Under the pieces are notes generated by a model. That model was given only the letters and a program-made list of their open reading frames with translations, was not told where the DNA came from and did not search any database. From Eledone cirrhosa (Eukaryota), in the NCBI GenBank assembly GCA_964016885.1, contig OZ024740.1, positions 164,858,001-164,922,000 on the forward strand: 64,000 nucleotides of DNA. Direction: 5' to 3'. How positions within the stretch are numbered: position 1 is the stretch's first letter; every line of letters begins with the position of its first letter. Below are positions 1 to 13,800 of this stretch, one piece after another. The position numbers were made by a program, and so were the translations under genes.

Positions 1-1560
1 TCTAATTAGTTCTGCATATATATATATACTATTTTGCGTTGATTTGCTGTTCTTGGATTGCAAAAGCGTCTCCTTCAAAGTGGGAGCCAATATAACGGTT
101 GTTGGTCTAAGATAGACTACTTTGCTTATCTACCTTACTCTCACTCTGGAGCTTCCTGGCAACATATCCATGCATGATATTTTGTTGATAAGCATGCAGC
201 TTTTCATCCATGGATTTAGTGCGGTATTGCTGGGCAATTTCCCAGGGTGTGAGTTTTTGATTATCATGCAAGGAGTATCTTTCAAGGAGTTCCTTCCCAA
301 CTATCATGATCTTGTCTGTCTCATGCAGACAGGCTTACTTAATAGATGGGCTCCTACGCTGCGATGCTCTTAAATGTTATTAGAGGGATATGATGCGACA
401 TTGAAATGCTGTTTAGACTGATGTTAGGCCTCTGCCTCCTTACTTAGGTTTCTATGTCAATGTTGATGTGGAAGTTTCCTCTGTTGTTAGAATGTTTCGA
501 GTCTTAACTTCAATTGTTCGGATTTCGTCTTTCGTCCAATCGAGTATTCCAAACGTTGTTGTTAGGACAGGCCCAGCAACCATATTGTGAGCCACTGTTT
601 TATTGTGCGCAGAGAGTTCCGATGACGATATTGTTTCTTAACCGGATGTAAAATTCCCTGGTTATGCGTTCCTTATTACAGATACCATCATAGGATATAT
701 TCTCATGTATCATCAGGTATCTGTAGCAGTCTTCATCAGATATCCGTGAAATAGTTAGGCCATTGATAAAAATGTTACTACAGTGGGTTGCAGTTTTTCC
801 CCGCTTTATGAAAATTTATCTTGGCGAAACTCCTTTGTGAATGTTGTAACCAGGTTCAGATTGTTCTTCATCCCATTTATATTCTTGGCATAGAGTTTCA
901 GTTCATCCTCAGAAATCATGGGTTAAGTTCGTATTTGTGTCCTCCTTTGAGCCAATGATGTATCCTTCACATTTCTTGAGCAGTAAGGACAAGGGGTTTA
1001 ATGACAGGATAGATAGTAGCACAGAGAAACTGAAATATACCCCCTGTGATATTCTATTTTGTCAATGAAAATTGAGTCCTACTTCTCTGTTTTTAACTTT
1101 TGGGTAGTAGCCCAAGGAGAAAACAGCTTTTCTATGACTCTGATAATGTCTGGGATTTAGCAAGTCGGAGGGCCTCTATCATCCAAGAGTGGGGAACAGA
1201 ATCAAATGCTTTCCTGTAGTCCAGCCAGACTGTAGCCATATTCCTCCTAAGTTGTTGCAAGCCCGACATCGCAGCTTTGTAAATTAGGAGTTGTTCAGCA
1301 CATCCCCAAACATCTTTCTGTCCAGCTACTTGTTCATCTTTGATGTTGTTCTTATTTTCACAGTGATCTTGGAGAAATAGGTTCAGGCAGGCTGCTTACA
1401 TTATACAACAGATTCTGGCATGCAATGGTACGGTAGCTTTTTGCCAAGTAGGTGTCTTTCTTCTTGGGGACCAGTATTGTTTGTGCTAATGTCAACCATT
1501 CTGGTATATGTGCATCTCCCTTCAGGGCTTGCTGGTAGATGTCAATAAGATACATCCGAT
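1..1560 (-). mobile_element. Degraded R4/Dong-clade non-LTR retrotransposon fragment (RT region; runs off window start)
   Basis: Minus-strand translations give RLE-clade RT motifs: PEWLTLAQTILVPKK..YRTIACQNLLY, EQLLI, WLDYRKAFDSVPHSW and DELKLYAK (degenerate MDDLKLYAK). Many stops and frameshifts. Confidence 0.8.
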
Positions 1561-2737
1561 AGAAAATCGGAGGTATGTATGTATGTATGTGGTCTTTATC
1601 TCTTAATTTTTGCTTTATTTTGACCAGCCACCTTTCCGGGTGTGAGGTTGTAAAGCATATGAAATGGTTGTCCTACCTGTGCAATCGGTGATCCTTTAAA
1701 TTTTTGACTTTTACATATTTAAAAGGTTCTAGATATCGCGGCTATTTGTACCGTTCTATTTATGGAGCGGCGTTCTTTCTCCACAAATTCAAGCTCAGTC
1801 ATATTTGATCCAGGTGTGCAGTATATAAACTATAGCTCCAATAATAATTGGTCATTCTTTACATTCTGGTCGATTGTTAAGACAACAAAATAATGGTAAA
1901 TTCCATCAGCCTCACACAGGTGTTTTTATACTAAATTGTTAGATTAATTTTCATAGTAAAAAGTATGTGCGTTGAAGCCTCTAACACTAAGTTAATTTTT
2001 AATAAATATATATCCGCTCAACGTTTCTATAAATATCATAAATCATTGTTTACAATCTGGATGATTGATAAGACTTAAGAAAAACGAAAACCTTTGTTAT
2101 TCCTCCCCCCTTTTGAAGCAATCAGTAGGTCGGTATAGGGCAAATGCGATTTCGAGTCCCACGGGTGACGTTGTCGGCTTTTTGTCGTCAAGCGGCTTCT
2201 ATGCCTAATTCGTTAGACTATTTTTTTTTATAATAACGTATACGTAGGTTGAAACTTGTAATTCCGGGTGGACCAGCAGTAACGATGGTAGGGGTTGAAT
2301 CTGCCAAAGTCCATCTCAACGGCCGATGACCGTGGAGTTCTGTGTTCTTCGTTTGTATTTTTATGTATAAAAATATTTTATTAAGGTTTCCCTTAAAAAA
2401 TTGCTTTTATTTTTGTTTTGTTTCCGTTCGTTGTCTTGTAACCTCTATATTAATTTTCTTAAGTTTATATATATTTATATTATAAATCATGTCCTTAGAA
2501 TTATTAAATAAAATATATACTATTTCCTCTCCCAATTAGCATAATTAACCATATAAAAAATCAATTAGACCAGGCTATAAGGATAAAGGCTCCTATGAAG
2601 AAATATTTGGTAAATAACCGAAAGCAGCCTCTTCGCGGTTGACCACATTTCAACAGCATGTAGAAACTGACCAAATATACCGTCAACCATTCACAATTAG
2701 GTATAAATTTAAAGTTAGAAGAAATGCGTACATACCG

Positions 2738-3065
<328 letters not shown>

Positions 3066-3350
3066 TTTAATAAATAAATAAATATATATATATACATGGA
3101 TATGAAGTATAAAATAAAACTCCACTGTAGTTGAATGTATATGTATATCTGTGGTATTACTCATCATATTTTGTTTAATGTTTATATCAACATTTCCTTG
3201 CCGACATATTTTAGACTGGATACAAAGTTCGCAGGCGTTAATTATTTTAATTGCTTATAAACTCGTTGGGATATTTTCAGTGATATATATTGATTATGAA
3301 GTGTTGGAATGCGTTCGTGTGAGTCTTATTATCTCACACACACATACATA

Positions 3351-3418
<68 letters not shown>

Positions 3419-3523
3419 CACAGGATATCCGCAAAATATGTATCCACCATACTAATGAATATTGCCTGTACAGGTAATCAATTTTTTGCCACCCCCTAGA
3501 CACACACACACACACATACACCC

Positions 3524-3667
<144 letters not shown>

Positions 3668-3725
3668 ATATATGTGTGTGTGTCTGTGTGTATATATTTA
3701 TATATATATATAAATATATACATAT

Positions 3726-3980
3726 AGTGGAGGCATGTGGTCTAGTGGTAAAAGCCTTGGACTTACGATCATAATGTCATGGGCTCGATTCCTGGGTTGC
3801 GTGTTGTGTTCTTGAGAAAAAACACTTCATTTCACATTGCTCCAGTATACTCAGCTGAAAATGAGTACCAGTAATAGCTGGAGGTTTAACCCTGTGATGG
3901 ACTAGAGTCTTGTACTCTCAGTAGCTTCATGCCATAAAACCGGGATAAGCACCGGACAAATGAGCCTTCGGGTTTAAGAG
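3726..3980 (+). mobile_element. tRNA-derived SINE with CORE-like central domain
   Basis: A-box TGGTCTAGTGG, B-box GGCTCGATTCC, then TGTGTTCTTGAGAAAAAACACTT (CORE-like) and CTCAGCTGAAAATGAGTACC. Confidence 0.75.
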
Positions 3981-4418
3981 AGACTTCAGATTTAGATACA
4001 CATATATACGTGTGTGTGTCTGTATGTCTAAGCGTTTGTGTCTGTGTGTCTAGTTATTGTAATCTGCGATGCATTTGGTTTCAACGTACGCGAACGAGAC
4101 GTTTATCGTAATTACACCATACCCGTTTCATTTTTAATTGATACGTCATACTTTGATCTACAAAAACACCCGATCGTTAATAATTCATTGCAAGAAAAGT
4201 TCTACGCCAATGATTGAGCAAATACATATCCGTAGTCGAACCGAGGAGCATAGACACCAGATGTGGAGTGATCTCACCCTTTACGGTTGACTGTGACTAA
4301 ATTTCACCTCGCAAAGCGTAATCAAGCAATCTCTCTGAATGAGTCTCAAGATGTAAAACTTGAAATCAGTAAACAAATCTTTTTCTCTGTCTCGCTATCT
4401 CCTTTCTTTTTCTCATAA

Positions 4419-4584
<166 letters not shown>

Positions 4585-4597
4585 CTATATATCTATA

Positions 4598-5207
<610 letters not shown>

Positions 5208-5330
5208 ATTCCTGATCTATAATACATCTGATGTATTCACTTTGAGCAATTGTTCATACTGGTAATAGGGTGGTAAACAATACTGACCTTTCCTGTTTAT
5301 AATTTTATATAATTTATATATAAGTATAAA

Positions 5331-5438
5331 TAATAATAATTGTTTTTACTTTAGGCACAAGGCCAGCAATTATCCCAGTGTATTACTGGTACTTTATTTT
5401 ATCGACCCCGTAAGGATGAAAGGCAAAGTTAACCTCGA
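5331..5438 (-). mobile_element. 3' half of tRNA-SINE (family A)
   Basis: Reverse complement of CTTTGCCTTTCATCCTTACGGGGTCGATAAAATAAAGTACCAG...GCCTTGTGCCTAAAGTA plus ATT tail; matches 5771-5950. Confidence 0.85.
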
Positions 5439-5477
5439 TTGGGTTTTGAAAAGTATAAATAATAATAATATTATTAC

Positions 5478-5509
<32 letters not shown>

Positions 5510-5510
<1 letters not shown>

Positions 5511-5757
5511 TGTTGCATTTATCTCGCTTTATGTTCATACGAGATATCACCAAGTCACAACCAGTGACCTCAAGAGACAACAAGGTCCGCCATGTTCAAG
5601 AAAGAACATACATACACACACATGCATTTTTAGGTGTTTAGACTTGTGATGTACTTATATTGACATAATCTACCTTAGTATATGGGCAGTTCCCATTAGC
5701 ACTATCTTTTCTATTTCTCCTATACACGGGTTTCCTGGGATTTGCGATAAGTAATCA
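5510..5757 (-). mobile_element. 5'-truncated copy (3' end) of the R4/Dong element at 5986-10870
   Basis: High nucleotide similarity to 5988-6236; bounded by TTA repeats on both sides. Confidence 0.9.
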
Positions 5758-5770
5758 TTATTATTATTAT

Positions 5771-5984
5771 GTGGATTGGCAGTATCGGTAGAGGGTCGGA
5801 CGCCATGCTTTCCAACATAGTTACGTCCCTTTACGATCTGAGTTCAAATCCCGCCGAGGTTGACTTTGCCATTCATCCTTACGGAGTCGATAAAATAAAG
5901 TACCAGTAATGTACTGGGTTATTGCTGGCCTTGTGCCTAACAGTAGAAACAATTATTATTATTATCATTATTATTATTATTATT
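5771..5984 (+). mobile_element. tRNA-derived SINE (family A) with (ATT)n tail
   Basis: A-box TGGCAGTATCGG, B-box GAGTTCAAATCC, conserved body ACTTTGCC..TTCATCCTTACGG.GTCGATAAAATAAAGTACCAG. Further copies at 20966, 26570 and 62064. Confidence 0.9.
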
Positions 5985-5985
5985 A

Positions 5986-8900
5986 CAATTGCATTTATCT
6001 CGCTTTATGTTCATACGAGTTATCACCAAGCCACAACCAGTGACCTCAAGAGACAACAAGGTCCGCCATGTTCAAGAAAGAACATACATACACACACATG
6101 TATCTTTAGGTGTTTAGACTTGTGATGTACATATATTGACAGAATCTTCCTTAGTTTACGGGCAGTTCCCATTAGTACTATCTTTTGTATTTCTCCTCTA
6201 CGCGGATTTCCTGGGATTTGCGATAAGTAATCATTAGAACGCTTAGGTATCATTCCTAGAGCGCCTACAACCACTGGTATTGTTTTAGTTCTCAATTTCC
6301 ACATTTTTCCAATTTCTATCTCCAGGTCCTTATACTTGCTCAATTTTTCAAATGTTTTTATAGATACATTCTTGACTATTGGAACGGACATAACAATTAG
6401 CAGGCATACCCTCTTTTTAAAGTCCTTCAGTATTATATCAGGTCTATTTGCATCTATTTTTTTTGTCTGTTTGGATGCTAAAGTTCCACAAGATTGAGAT
6501 GTGATCTTTTTCAAGTATGGGAGGTGGTTGATGCTCCCACCAATTCTTTTGATGGGGCAGGTCAAAATGCTTTCACATTATCCAAGTATTGTGCAGCTCT
6601 GTCATGCCTGTTAGGTATTCGGTTGGAGCTATAGGACTGCACATTGAAGTTATATGATCAATGATCTCTGGTTGTTTTTTTACATACACGGCATAATGGG
6701 TTGCACCCATTTTTTATTATGTTGGCTTGATAATTTTTTGATGGCAGACACTGATCTTGTGCTGATATAATCAGTCCTTCAGTCTCCGATTTCGGTCCAG
6801 AGGATGCCAACCACTGATGGGTTAAAGTTTTGTCAACATCAGGATTGTTAGCTCTTTCTGGGTATTTTCCATACAGAGGCTTTTCTTGCCATTTCTTAGC
6901 CAGTTTCTGTAGCAGTTCTTTCTTTGCCGTTACTTTTACCTGCTTTGCTTTTTCTGTGTTTTCCATTTCAGCAGCAAATGGGACTTCTGAAATTTGTAGT
7001 CCATTACTGTATCTTTGTGCATCTTTTGTAATGGAGTATGATCTTTTGATGCTTTCGTGTTTCAAAACGAGTTTCATCATCCAATCATGTGATTCCCTTA
7101 TATATGTAGATAATCCAATTGTTGCAGTTTACAACGCAATATCTAACTGGATTAACCCACGTCCTCCTTCTTTCCTAGGGAGATATATTCTATCTGTATC
7201 TGCCTTAGGGTGATGCATTCTATGCATGGTTAATAATTTTCTAATTGTGCTTGACCAGTTGATGACATTGTAACTGTATGTTACCACTGGTATGGCAAGC
7301 GTGTTTATAGCATCGATCATATTCCTTGAATTCAATTCCGTTCTTAAGATTGCTCTTACTCTGCGGTAGCATTCCTTCCTTATCCTTTTGCTCATTGTCG
7401 AGTGCTTGATTCCGTTTCCTTCACAAACGCCTAGATATTTGTAAGTTTCCTCTTGATCAAGTTCTCTTATCACATTCCCCTGATCAAGATTAATGTCTGA
7501 AATTTTCAGCAGCTTTCCTCTGGTAAACGTTGCTTTGGCGCATTTATCTAGTCCAAACTCCATTTTAATATTATCACTGTACTGCTTCACGGTGGATAAT
7601 AGACCTTGCAATTGTTCATCATTTTTTGCAAATAGTTTCAGGTCATCCATATAGAACAAGTGATTAATGCTTTTGTCATAGACTTTATATCCATGTTTTG
7701 TTTCATTGAGCATTTTACTTAATGGTATAAGTGCGATGCAGAATAAAAGCGGTGATAAAGAGTCACCCTGAAAAATTCCACAATTAATATTAACTTCTCA
7801 GCTTCCAGTGATTTTTTTTCACTAATCAAAAGGAGTGTCGTTTTCTATGTCGTCATACTGAATCACAGGAACCTCCTGACAACGGGAGATATTTTGAAAA
7901 TCTCTAAACATTTTTCAATCCAACTGTGTGGCAAATTATCGAATGCTTTTTTATAATCTATCCAAGCAATTGATAGATTTTTGTGTCTATTATGACAATC
8001 TTCCAGTATCATTTTGTTAACCAAAAGCTGATCCTTACAGCCAAATGAGCCTCGTTTACACCCTTTCTGCTCAATAGGAAATAGATCATTTGTTATCAGG
8101 TGGTCATATGTATATTCAGTTAGGACTGATGTTAGCATTTTATACAAGTTATCGGTCTGTAATTTTTGGGATTGTTTGTCTCATCATTCTTCGGAAGTAG
8201 GAATGTAATGCCGTTAACTAGCCATGATGGTATATTTTCTGGCTCCTTAACTATTTCATTGTAAAGTTGGGCTAACCGCTCATGAGAGTCTGTGAAGGCA
8301 TTTATCCAAAAATTTGGTATTTTGTCTTTTCCTGTGGATTTCCGTTTGCTGGTTTTTCTTAGAGCCAAACGCAACTGTTCAACTGTTATATTTTCCCATG
8401 TTTGTTCCTCAAGGTGAGCTGTATCTTTCATTTGTCTGTCTATCCATGGGGCTTGTATATTATGAACTTTTTTCTTCGGCCCAGATCTTTTTCCAGAATT
8501 CTTGCACTTCCTCCTTGGGTGGTATTGATTTAGCAGTTATTGTTGACTTGCCAATTTTTCTGTAGAAGTTTCTTTGGTTGTTTTTGAACATATTATTGTC
8601 CTTATAAAATCTAGATCGTTTTTCAAAGCGCCTTATACGAGCAGCTTTGTCCGACACTTTTTGCTTGATTATTTCTATCAGCAGTCTATGTCACTTGTTG
8701 ATTTTATACTGTATTTTCTTTTCAATTTTCTAAGTTTAGTTTGTTTAACATGTTCACCTACTTTGTAGTTTGTTAAAATTTCTATGTCAGATCGGAGAAG
8801 GTTTATTTGGCGATTGATCTTCCCCTGCCAAGTAGAATACTTGTGGGAATTCCTTTGTTTTTTAATTTTCACTCCACATAAGTGAGTGGGGACCTTAGCC

Positions 8901-10870
8901 GATGCATAATAGAGATGATTTAGATCAGTAATGTTTAGTTTGTTTCTGATGATAATGTTTTTGAGAATTATGTTAGTTTTGTGTATTATCTTTTGGTTCT
9001 GTTTGGAGTTCTGGATCTTAGGGAGAGTGTCTCGTTCCCCCATGTCAGATTCTTTCATTTTCATCCATTCGATCATAATTTCCTCCTTCAAGTTGTCAAG
9101 TTCATTCTCATTCATTTCTTTATCATTTATGATCTCATTGTTTTCATTTTGTGTTTTATCTTGAGCATGCACTCCCTCCTCTTTTTCGATCATTTCTTTA
9201 ATTTGTTCTGCTGTCAGTGATTCCGTCCTAACCCTGGGATTCGAAGTGTTATAATTTACCTCGTTTTCACTGACACATGTTTCATTTTCCCTTCGCTGAC
9301 TTTGTGCTAATAGCTTGATCTGATCAATTTCTATATCAGTTAGTAAGTTTTCTTTAACAATATTTCTTCGTATATTGGCTAGTTTGTTACTGTCAATATA
9401 GCCTCTGTTTTCGGTATGTTTCTTTTTCCAGTTGATATATGTCTGTTCTGTATTCCATCTATTTGATGGGTAGTACATGGCAGTGTAGAAAGCCTCAAGG
9501 ACTTCTTTGTTGTCTTCCCTTGACCATTTTTCTCTCTTTTTCTTTGGATTTCTTGGTGGTAAGCAATGAGGGCCAACAGTAGGCGTATTCCAGTTATGGG
9601 AGGTCTCCAGCTCCGAAGTAATGGGAAGGTTTGAACCATTAGCTGATTTTTCGAACCCAATCTGGTCCCTCTCTGAGGGGCGCGGCCCTTTTTGACCCGG
9701 GTGACGGCCGATCCGGTATGAGATTTTATCATTTGACATTTACTTTATTTTGTCGCGTTTTATCCTTAACCGCCAAGGGGTAATCATTTCGTGTTACCAC
9801 TTCTAGGACGAGTGTCAACCAAGACTAGAAGGGTCGTCCTCCCCTAGAGACACGGCTATTCCCCGCCGGCCGCCTTCCCGTTATTTCTTGGTCACGGGTG
9901 TTTTCTGTTTTTGTTGTTTTTTAAATTGTTATTATCATGAGTGGTTCCTTAATGTGAGCATTGCGTGGCTTAAGATTGAAATTATTATTAATAATATAAT
10001 ATACTTTTTGTTGAAGTTACCAGTTGTTGTTGTTCGCTATGTCGTTGGTGGTGATGGGGCTTTTTCTATTGTTGGTGGGGTATGGGGGAGCCAGCGGTAC
10101 CATAGTCGTTGACGTTTGACCGGGTCACTAAGTCAGTCTACTCATATCTTTGCTAGCCTCTCCCTTGTCTAGTGATACCGCCACCTTCCCCTTTCTTAAG
10201 TTAACAGAAGATAGTGGGGGAATAGTGGTTGTAGCAATGAAGGAGTGGTGGCGGCGGTGATGGGATAGTGGTTTCAATGATGAAGTGGTGGCGGCGGTGA
10301 CTATAGTGATGGCGTTGTCGTTATTGAGTTTTGTTGAATAGACTGTAGTAGGATGCGTTTGTTTGATCTGTATATCTATGCGGTTTGTCGCGTATGTTTA
10401 ATATATGTGTTGACATATTTTCTTAATATTTGAATTAAACATTTTGAGAAAACTTGAGATACAATAATAGTAATTATTATTATTATGCTGGGATTGTTGG
10501 TGGTTGTGGTGAAATTGCCGTTATCTGGCTGTTGTATTTAGTGTACACGGAGGGGTTATGGGATAGGTGGTGTATCTAGGTTGTTGTGGTGGTGAAATTG
10601 CTGTTATTTGGCTGTTCTATATAGTGTAGACAGAGGTGGTTTTCTTCCATTTATAACCATTTTCTTTTTTTAATATAACATTTATAATACAAAATTGAAT
10701 ATTTGAGCGATATTACAGGATATTATGGGTCCTCATTTCCCGATAGTAGAGCCTGGTCCTTAATGGCCCATTTGTACTAAGAATTGTTATATCACAATTG
10801 TTTTAAATACTGTAAATATCAAAAACTTACGGGAGCGATTCCATAACACTCTATCCAACACGTGCATCTT
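5986..10870 (-). mobile_element. Apparently full-length R4/Dong-clade RLE retrotransposon #1, bounded by (TAA)n
   Basis: Disrupted single ORF plus ~1.1 kb 5' region; TTA tracts at 5951-5984 and 10871-10899. Dong-type R4 elements are known to target TAA repeats. Confidence 0.85.
6137..9739 (-). pseudogene. RT + CCHC + restriction-like endonuclease ORF of element #1 (frameshifted)
   Basis: KWSREDN N-terminal motif; NYRPITC; EQKGCKRGSFGCKDQLL; WIDYKKAFD; HLFYMDDLKLF; CRVC zinc knuckle; NRPDII...EKLSKYKDL RLE; PVVVGALG. Confidence 0.92.
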
Positions 10871-10899
10871 TTATTATCATTATTATTATTATTATTATT

Positions 10900-13800
10900 G
10901 TTCTTTGAGTCTCAGTCATTGATGTTAGTTAACTGGAAAGTTTGTTGAAATGAATATCAAGCCACTACCTGCAGCCTCAGATATTCAGGACGTATCGGAG
11001 GGTTCTTGCTGTTCCCAGCAAGCATGCCTTTTAAAGCGTACCAAAAAGCGTGGCGGGGCCAATTTTCTTTAACCATCCCTGGAAACTTTTTGAGATAGTA
11101 CCTAGTGCGCCTATGACAATCGGGACCATTTTGACTTCATGGCAGTTCCAAATGCTTTTTACTCCCACTTTAAGTCCTGGTATCGGTTAATTTTCTCCCT
11201 CTCCTTCTCTTGCACTCTCGTGTCGAATGGGCAGGCCACATCCACAATCAGGCACGATCTTTTTTCCTTATCCAAAACCACCAGGTCAGGTCTATTGTGT
11301 TCCAGTTTCTTGCCCGTTGGTATCCTAAAATCCCACAGCACCTTCACCTGATAGTTTTCTATCACCGACTCTGGCTTGTGCTCATACCACTTCTCAGAAT
11401 GTGGTAAATTGTTTACTTTGCATAGTTGCCAGCGGTTCACCCTGCCCATCACATCATGTCTCCAGCCCTTATATTGAGTCTGGGCTAGGTGTTTACACTC
11501 GGATACAATGTGAGCCACAGTCTCCTCTCTCTCTCCACAGATCCTGCACAGTGGCCTAGCCTCCTCCTTGTAAATAAGGTGTTTCAACCACTTCCTTTTG
11601 AGGGCCTGCTCTTGCGCAGCCATTAGCATTCATTCTGTAGCCTTTTTAAGGTCTCCTCTTTTCAACCAGTTCCATGTCTGTGGATTTCTGAATTCAGTTT
11701 TCTCAAAGAAGGTAATATGAAGGGATTTTTCATGAAGGCTGCTCTTTCTCCTTGTTGTTATTTCCTCCTTGGACAACCCCTGGTCTATTGTCCTCTCCTT
11801 CAGTACAATTCTGATTATTGTCTCCTTACTATCAGTCGCGTATTTGTGTAGGTTGTTTTTCTCCATCTGAACACAGTCCTCTATGCTGATAAGTCCTCTT
11901 CCACCTTCAGATCTCCTTAAGTAGAGTCTATCGACATCACTTCTCTTGTGGAACATGTTGTAGATAGTCAATAACTTCCTAGTCTTCCTATCCATTTCTT
12001 TTTGTTCAGCAACATTCCATCTCAGAATTCCCGCACTGTACCTAATAATAGACACAGCTCAGGAATTTACTGCACTTATGGCATTCCTACTGTTCAGATG
12101 TGAATTTAATACGCTCCTTACTCTCCGAATGTATTCAGATCTTATCAATTCCTTCATTTTTTTGTTCTTGATGTCATCAACCTCCGGAACCCCTAAATAC
12201 TTGTATCCTTCTTCAGTGTCAATTTCCTTTATCATCTCACCTGTTGGTACCTGGATTCCGTTGCTTCTGCTCAATTTACCCCTCTTCATCACAAGGACTC
12301 CACACTTACTAATACCAAATTGCATACATATATCATTGCTGAAAATACGGACAGTGTCAACAAGCACATCCAACTCCTTCTCACTCTTCCTGAACAGCTT
12401 AAGATCGTCCATGAAGAGGTGGTGATTGATGGTAAGCTCTCCCTTTCCCAACTTGTATCCTGCTCTCACTTTTCGCAGTATAATGGTCAGGGGCATCAGG
12501 GCAAGGACAAACAACAGAGGGGACAGACTATCTCCCTGGAAGATACCTCTCTTGATCTTCACGCCTCCCAAGGATTCTCCAGCTGATGTTAATTCTGTTT
12601 TCCAGGACTTCATACTTTTGCCCAACAACTGTCTGATGTTATCTGCCACCTTGAAGATCTCCAGGCTTTTGGTGATTCCAGAATGAGGCACCATGTCAAA
12701 TGCCTTTTTGTAGTATATCCATCCCATGGCAAGACCAGTGTGTCTCCTCTTGCAATTCCTCATTACCATCTTATCAATAAGTAACTGGTCCTTTGTACCA
12801 CGGGACTTCTTTCGGCATCCTTTCTGTTCGTCCGGTAACAAGTTGTTTGTGTGGAGGTGATGGTAGATTTCCTCAGACATAATGCTTGTCAACAGTTTCC
12901 ACATTACGGACAGACATGTGATAGGTCTATAGTTGGTAACATCATTACCCTTGATTCGGTCTTACATTACCAGAGCTGTGGTACTTTTTGTCAACCACTC
13001 TGGTACCTCACCTGACATCAACGAGTTATTGAACATGGTTGTCAGTTTCGATTGGAGGTATGTTATATTTTTAATCCAATACCCCTGCACACCATCTGGG
13101 CCTGGTGATTTCCAGTTGGTTAGTTTTTTGGCCTGCCCCTTAAGAGTTTCAACTGTGATACTCAAATCAGTTTGTTGATGTGCCTGTTCACTAAACTCCT
13201 TTTGTACTGTCTCAATTCACACTGCCTGGTCATTATGTTTAACATCCTGCTCCGATATTCCTCTCCAGAATGTCTTAGTTTGTTCCGCCTCAGGGATCAA
13301 GTTGTTGCCTCTTTCTTTCCCTTCAAGCTGTCCAAACAGCATTTTCTGGTTGTTGTCAAACATACGTTTCTGTGTATACTGACTGACTCTGCTCTCGTAT
13401 CGCCTAATTTTTGCACTCTTTGATACAATGCGTTGCTTCAGTTCCTCTATGATAATATTTAGCTTTTTCCTCCTAGTTTTGTACTTTATTTCCAGTCTAT
13501 TTTTAGTGTCTATGTTTTTTAGTGTCCCATTCAGTAGGTACTCAAGCTTTCCAATGTCATTTCTCATTTCCCTGATTTGACCATTCAGTCGTTTCTTCCA
13601 CCAAGGTTCTGATTTTTCTTGTTTGTTGTTTCCTCTCGCTTTTATGCCAAGTAATTTCCTCACCGCATTTGCTGTTGCTTTGAGAATATTGTTGCACTGG
13701 TGAAGGCTCCTCGCCTCAAGGTATGGGATGACTTTGTTTACCTTAGCTGTTGTTTCTTTTAACTTTTTCCTGTCTACAAACCTTAGGTTCATAGGTTTCC

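Noticed and set aside
5771-5860. tRNA gene (also 3726 and 62064)
   Set aside because: A/B boxes only, no cloverleaf; these are SINE heads.
11159-13219. In-frame stops (three TGA, two TAA) in the R4 #2 ORF as recoding or selenocysteine
   Set aside because: The TGA codons fall at expected Trp/Gly positions and TAA stops also occur, so these are ordinary nonsense mutations.
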